Shown: positions 11,039 through 12,361 of the stretch, in pieces
Layout: each line of letters starts with the position of its first letter
How positions within the stretch are numbered: position 1 is the stretch's first letter
Assembly: GCA_038061275.1 (NCBI GenBank)
Contig: JBBTZQ010000006.1
Coordinates: 1-12,361, forward strand
Source of the DNA: Patescibacteria group bacterium
GTDB lineage: Bacteria > Patescibacteriota > Minisyncoccia > Phycocordibacterales > UBA1550
DNA: 12,361 bases
Reading direction: 5' to 3'
The notes under the pieces: model-generated
The model's input: only the letters and a program-made list of their open reading frames with translations
Told to the model about the DNA's origin: nothing
Database searches by the model: none
Program-made: the position numbers and the translations under genes

Positions 11039-12361
11039 ATGAAGTATAAAAGCTCGGGAGTTAATAATAAAGAAAAAATAGCAATAAGCAGGGCAGAGAC
11101 TTCTGTTCAAGAATACGTTGCAACGATGCGCCGTGCGATGAGCGACCGTAAATACACGCTTCCCGAAGCATCGCTTCGTTTGCCGTTTGATACAGCGCTC
11201 CTTGAGGAGTCCCGTGCTCTCGCGACGAAACTTGGTGGACAAAAACTCAACTACGTTATTGATATTGGCATTGGAGGTTCGAATCTTGGCACCAAGGCGA
11301 TATATGAGGCTATGTTCGGAACGCTTGACGGACACAGTCCATTTGCACCCAAAATGCTTTTTGCTGATACGTGCTCCCCAGAACTTCTTTCAGATATCGC
11401 AGAACTACTACTACAGGAAGTAGCCGCAAAAGAAGAAGTCGTTATTGTTGTCGCGAGCAAGTCAGGAACAACGACTGAGACGATGGTTAATGCTTCGGTC
11501 ATTATTTCTGTGCTAGAAAAGAAATTTGGGAGCATGAAAGAACAGATTGTTTGTATCACTGACGAAGGATCGCACTTATGGGAAACAGGAAAGCGAGAAG
11601 GGTATCATCTTTTGCCAATACCAAAAATGGTCGGGGGACGGTATTCGGTTTTTTCTCCTGTCGGAATGTTTCCACTTTTCGCGCTCGGGCTTGATGCGGA
11701 GAAACTTTTCATCGGGGCAAAAGATGTCATCGACGACACGGTCGCACGAGGGGAGGAGAGCGACACATACCGTGCCGCACTCGATGTCATAGCTTGGCAC
11801 GAAAAAGGCGCGCGTATTTTTGATATGTTTTTGTTTCATCCCGAACTTGAATCTCTTGGCAAGTGGTACCGACAGCTTTTTGCTGAAAGTATCGGAAAGG
11901 AAACAACAAAAACGGGCGAAAAGACAACGCACCGCATGGTGCCGACGGTTTCACTCGGATCGACCGACCTGCACTCCTTCGAACAAATGAATCTCGCGTT
12001 CCCAGAATTTTCTGCGAAGTTTCTTGTTCGCGCGCACGCTCCGCACTGGGAGCATGAGTTTATTGCTGATGACAAGGTGTTTGCCCCACTCGTTCCTGGT
12101 GTCTCTGGGCGAGCACCGTGTCAGGTTATGGACGCCATCTATGGTGGAGTGATTGAGGCGTACCGCGCACGCGGAGTTTCTTTCGCTGAGGTTGAACTCC
12201 AAGAGCTATCTCTTGAAGAACTCGGAGCATTTCTTCAATTTCACATGTGTATGGTTATGCACCTCGCGAACCTGCTCAATGTCGATGCGTTTAACCAACC
12301 AAATGTCGAAGAGTACAAAAAGGCAACCAGGAGAATTTTGGAGGGAGAAAAACGACAGTAG
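11039..12361 (+). CDS. pgi: Glucose-6-phosphate isomerase
   Basis: Motifs DIGIGGSNLGTKA, VASKSGTTTET and GGRYSVFSPVG. The stop TAG is at the last three bases of the window. The ORF track starts at GTG 11024; ATG 11039 is preferred because TACAAT (11027-11032) lies 6 nt upstream of it. Confidence 0.92.
   Translation: MKYKSSGVNNKEKIAISRAETSVQEYVATMRRAMSDRKYTLPEASLRLPFDTALLEESRALATKLGGQKLNYVIDIGIGGSNLGTKAIYEAMFGTLDGHSPFAPKMLFADTCSPELLSDIAELLLQEVAAKEEVVIVVASKSGTTTETMVNASVIISVLEKKFGSMKEQIVCITDEGSHLWETGKREGYHLLPIPKMVGGRYSVFSPVGMFPLFALGLDAEKLFIGAKDVIDDTVARGEESDTYRAALDVIAWHEKGARIFDMFLFHPELESLGKWYRQLFAESIGKETTKTGEKTTHRMVPTVSLGSTDLHSFEQMNLAFPEFSAKFLVRAHAPHWEHEFIADDKVFAPLVPGVSGRAPCQVMDAIYGGVIEAYRARGVSFAEVELQELSLEELGAFLQFHMCMVMHLANLLNVDAFNQPNVEEYKKATRRILEGEKRQ

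Overview
This is a compact bacterial chromosomal segment of small housekeeping genes on both strands. It reads cleanly in the standard code; TGA, TAG and TAA are all used as stops. I suspect a reduced-genome, CPR/Parcubacteria-like lineage, but that is a low-confidence inference from gene size and content only.

Protein genes I can support:
- Fur-family regulator (-)
- an orphan 137-aa protein with its own transcription signals
- acylphosphatase, UppS, an RluA-family pseudouridine synthase and ribosomal protein L19
- a cation-diffusion-facilitator (CDF) transporter lacking the C-terminal domain (-)
- a 49-aa lmo0937-like membrane protein (-) that is absent from the ORF track
- a single-domain rhodanese, UppP and a cupin
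- two polytopic membrane proteins (DUF2914-like and DUF1189-like)
- an overlapping DsbA-like/VKOR pair (-)
- glucose-6-phosphate isomerase

Three tRNA genes sit on the + strand: Val-TAC, Leu-GAG and His-GTG. None encodes CCA.

The non-ordinary content is all non-coding and clusters at the tRNA genes. Downstream of tRNA-Val and tRNA-Leu are tandem mosaic units. Each unit has a direct copy of the host tRNA's T-loop-to-3' end, a terminator-like hairpin, an inverted copy of the same tRNA end, and a shared ~95-nt module. The module's helices are kept by compensatory base changes across three copies, with G.U pairs only on the + strand. I do not recognise this module as any known RNA family or mobile element.

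Other structures:
- a small hairpin family inserted into the inverted tRNA-end copies downstream of all three tRNAs
- two 38-bp tandem repeats carrying the 5' end of tRNA-Val
- a 157-nt long hairpin in the rplS 3' region
- a recurrent -10 box 5-8 nt upstream of start codons, suggesting leaderless mRNAs

All coordinates and pairings were worked out by hand from the sequence. No database search or folding program was run.
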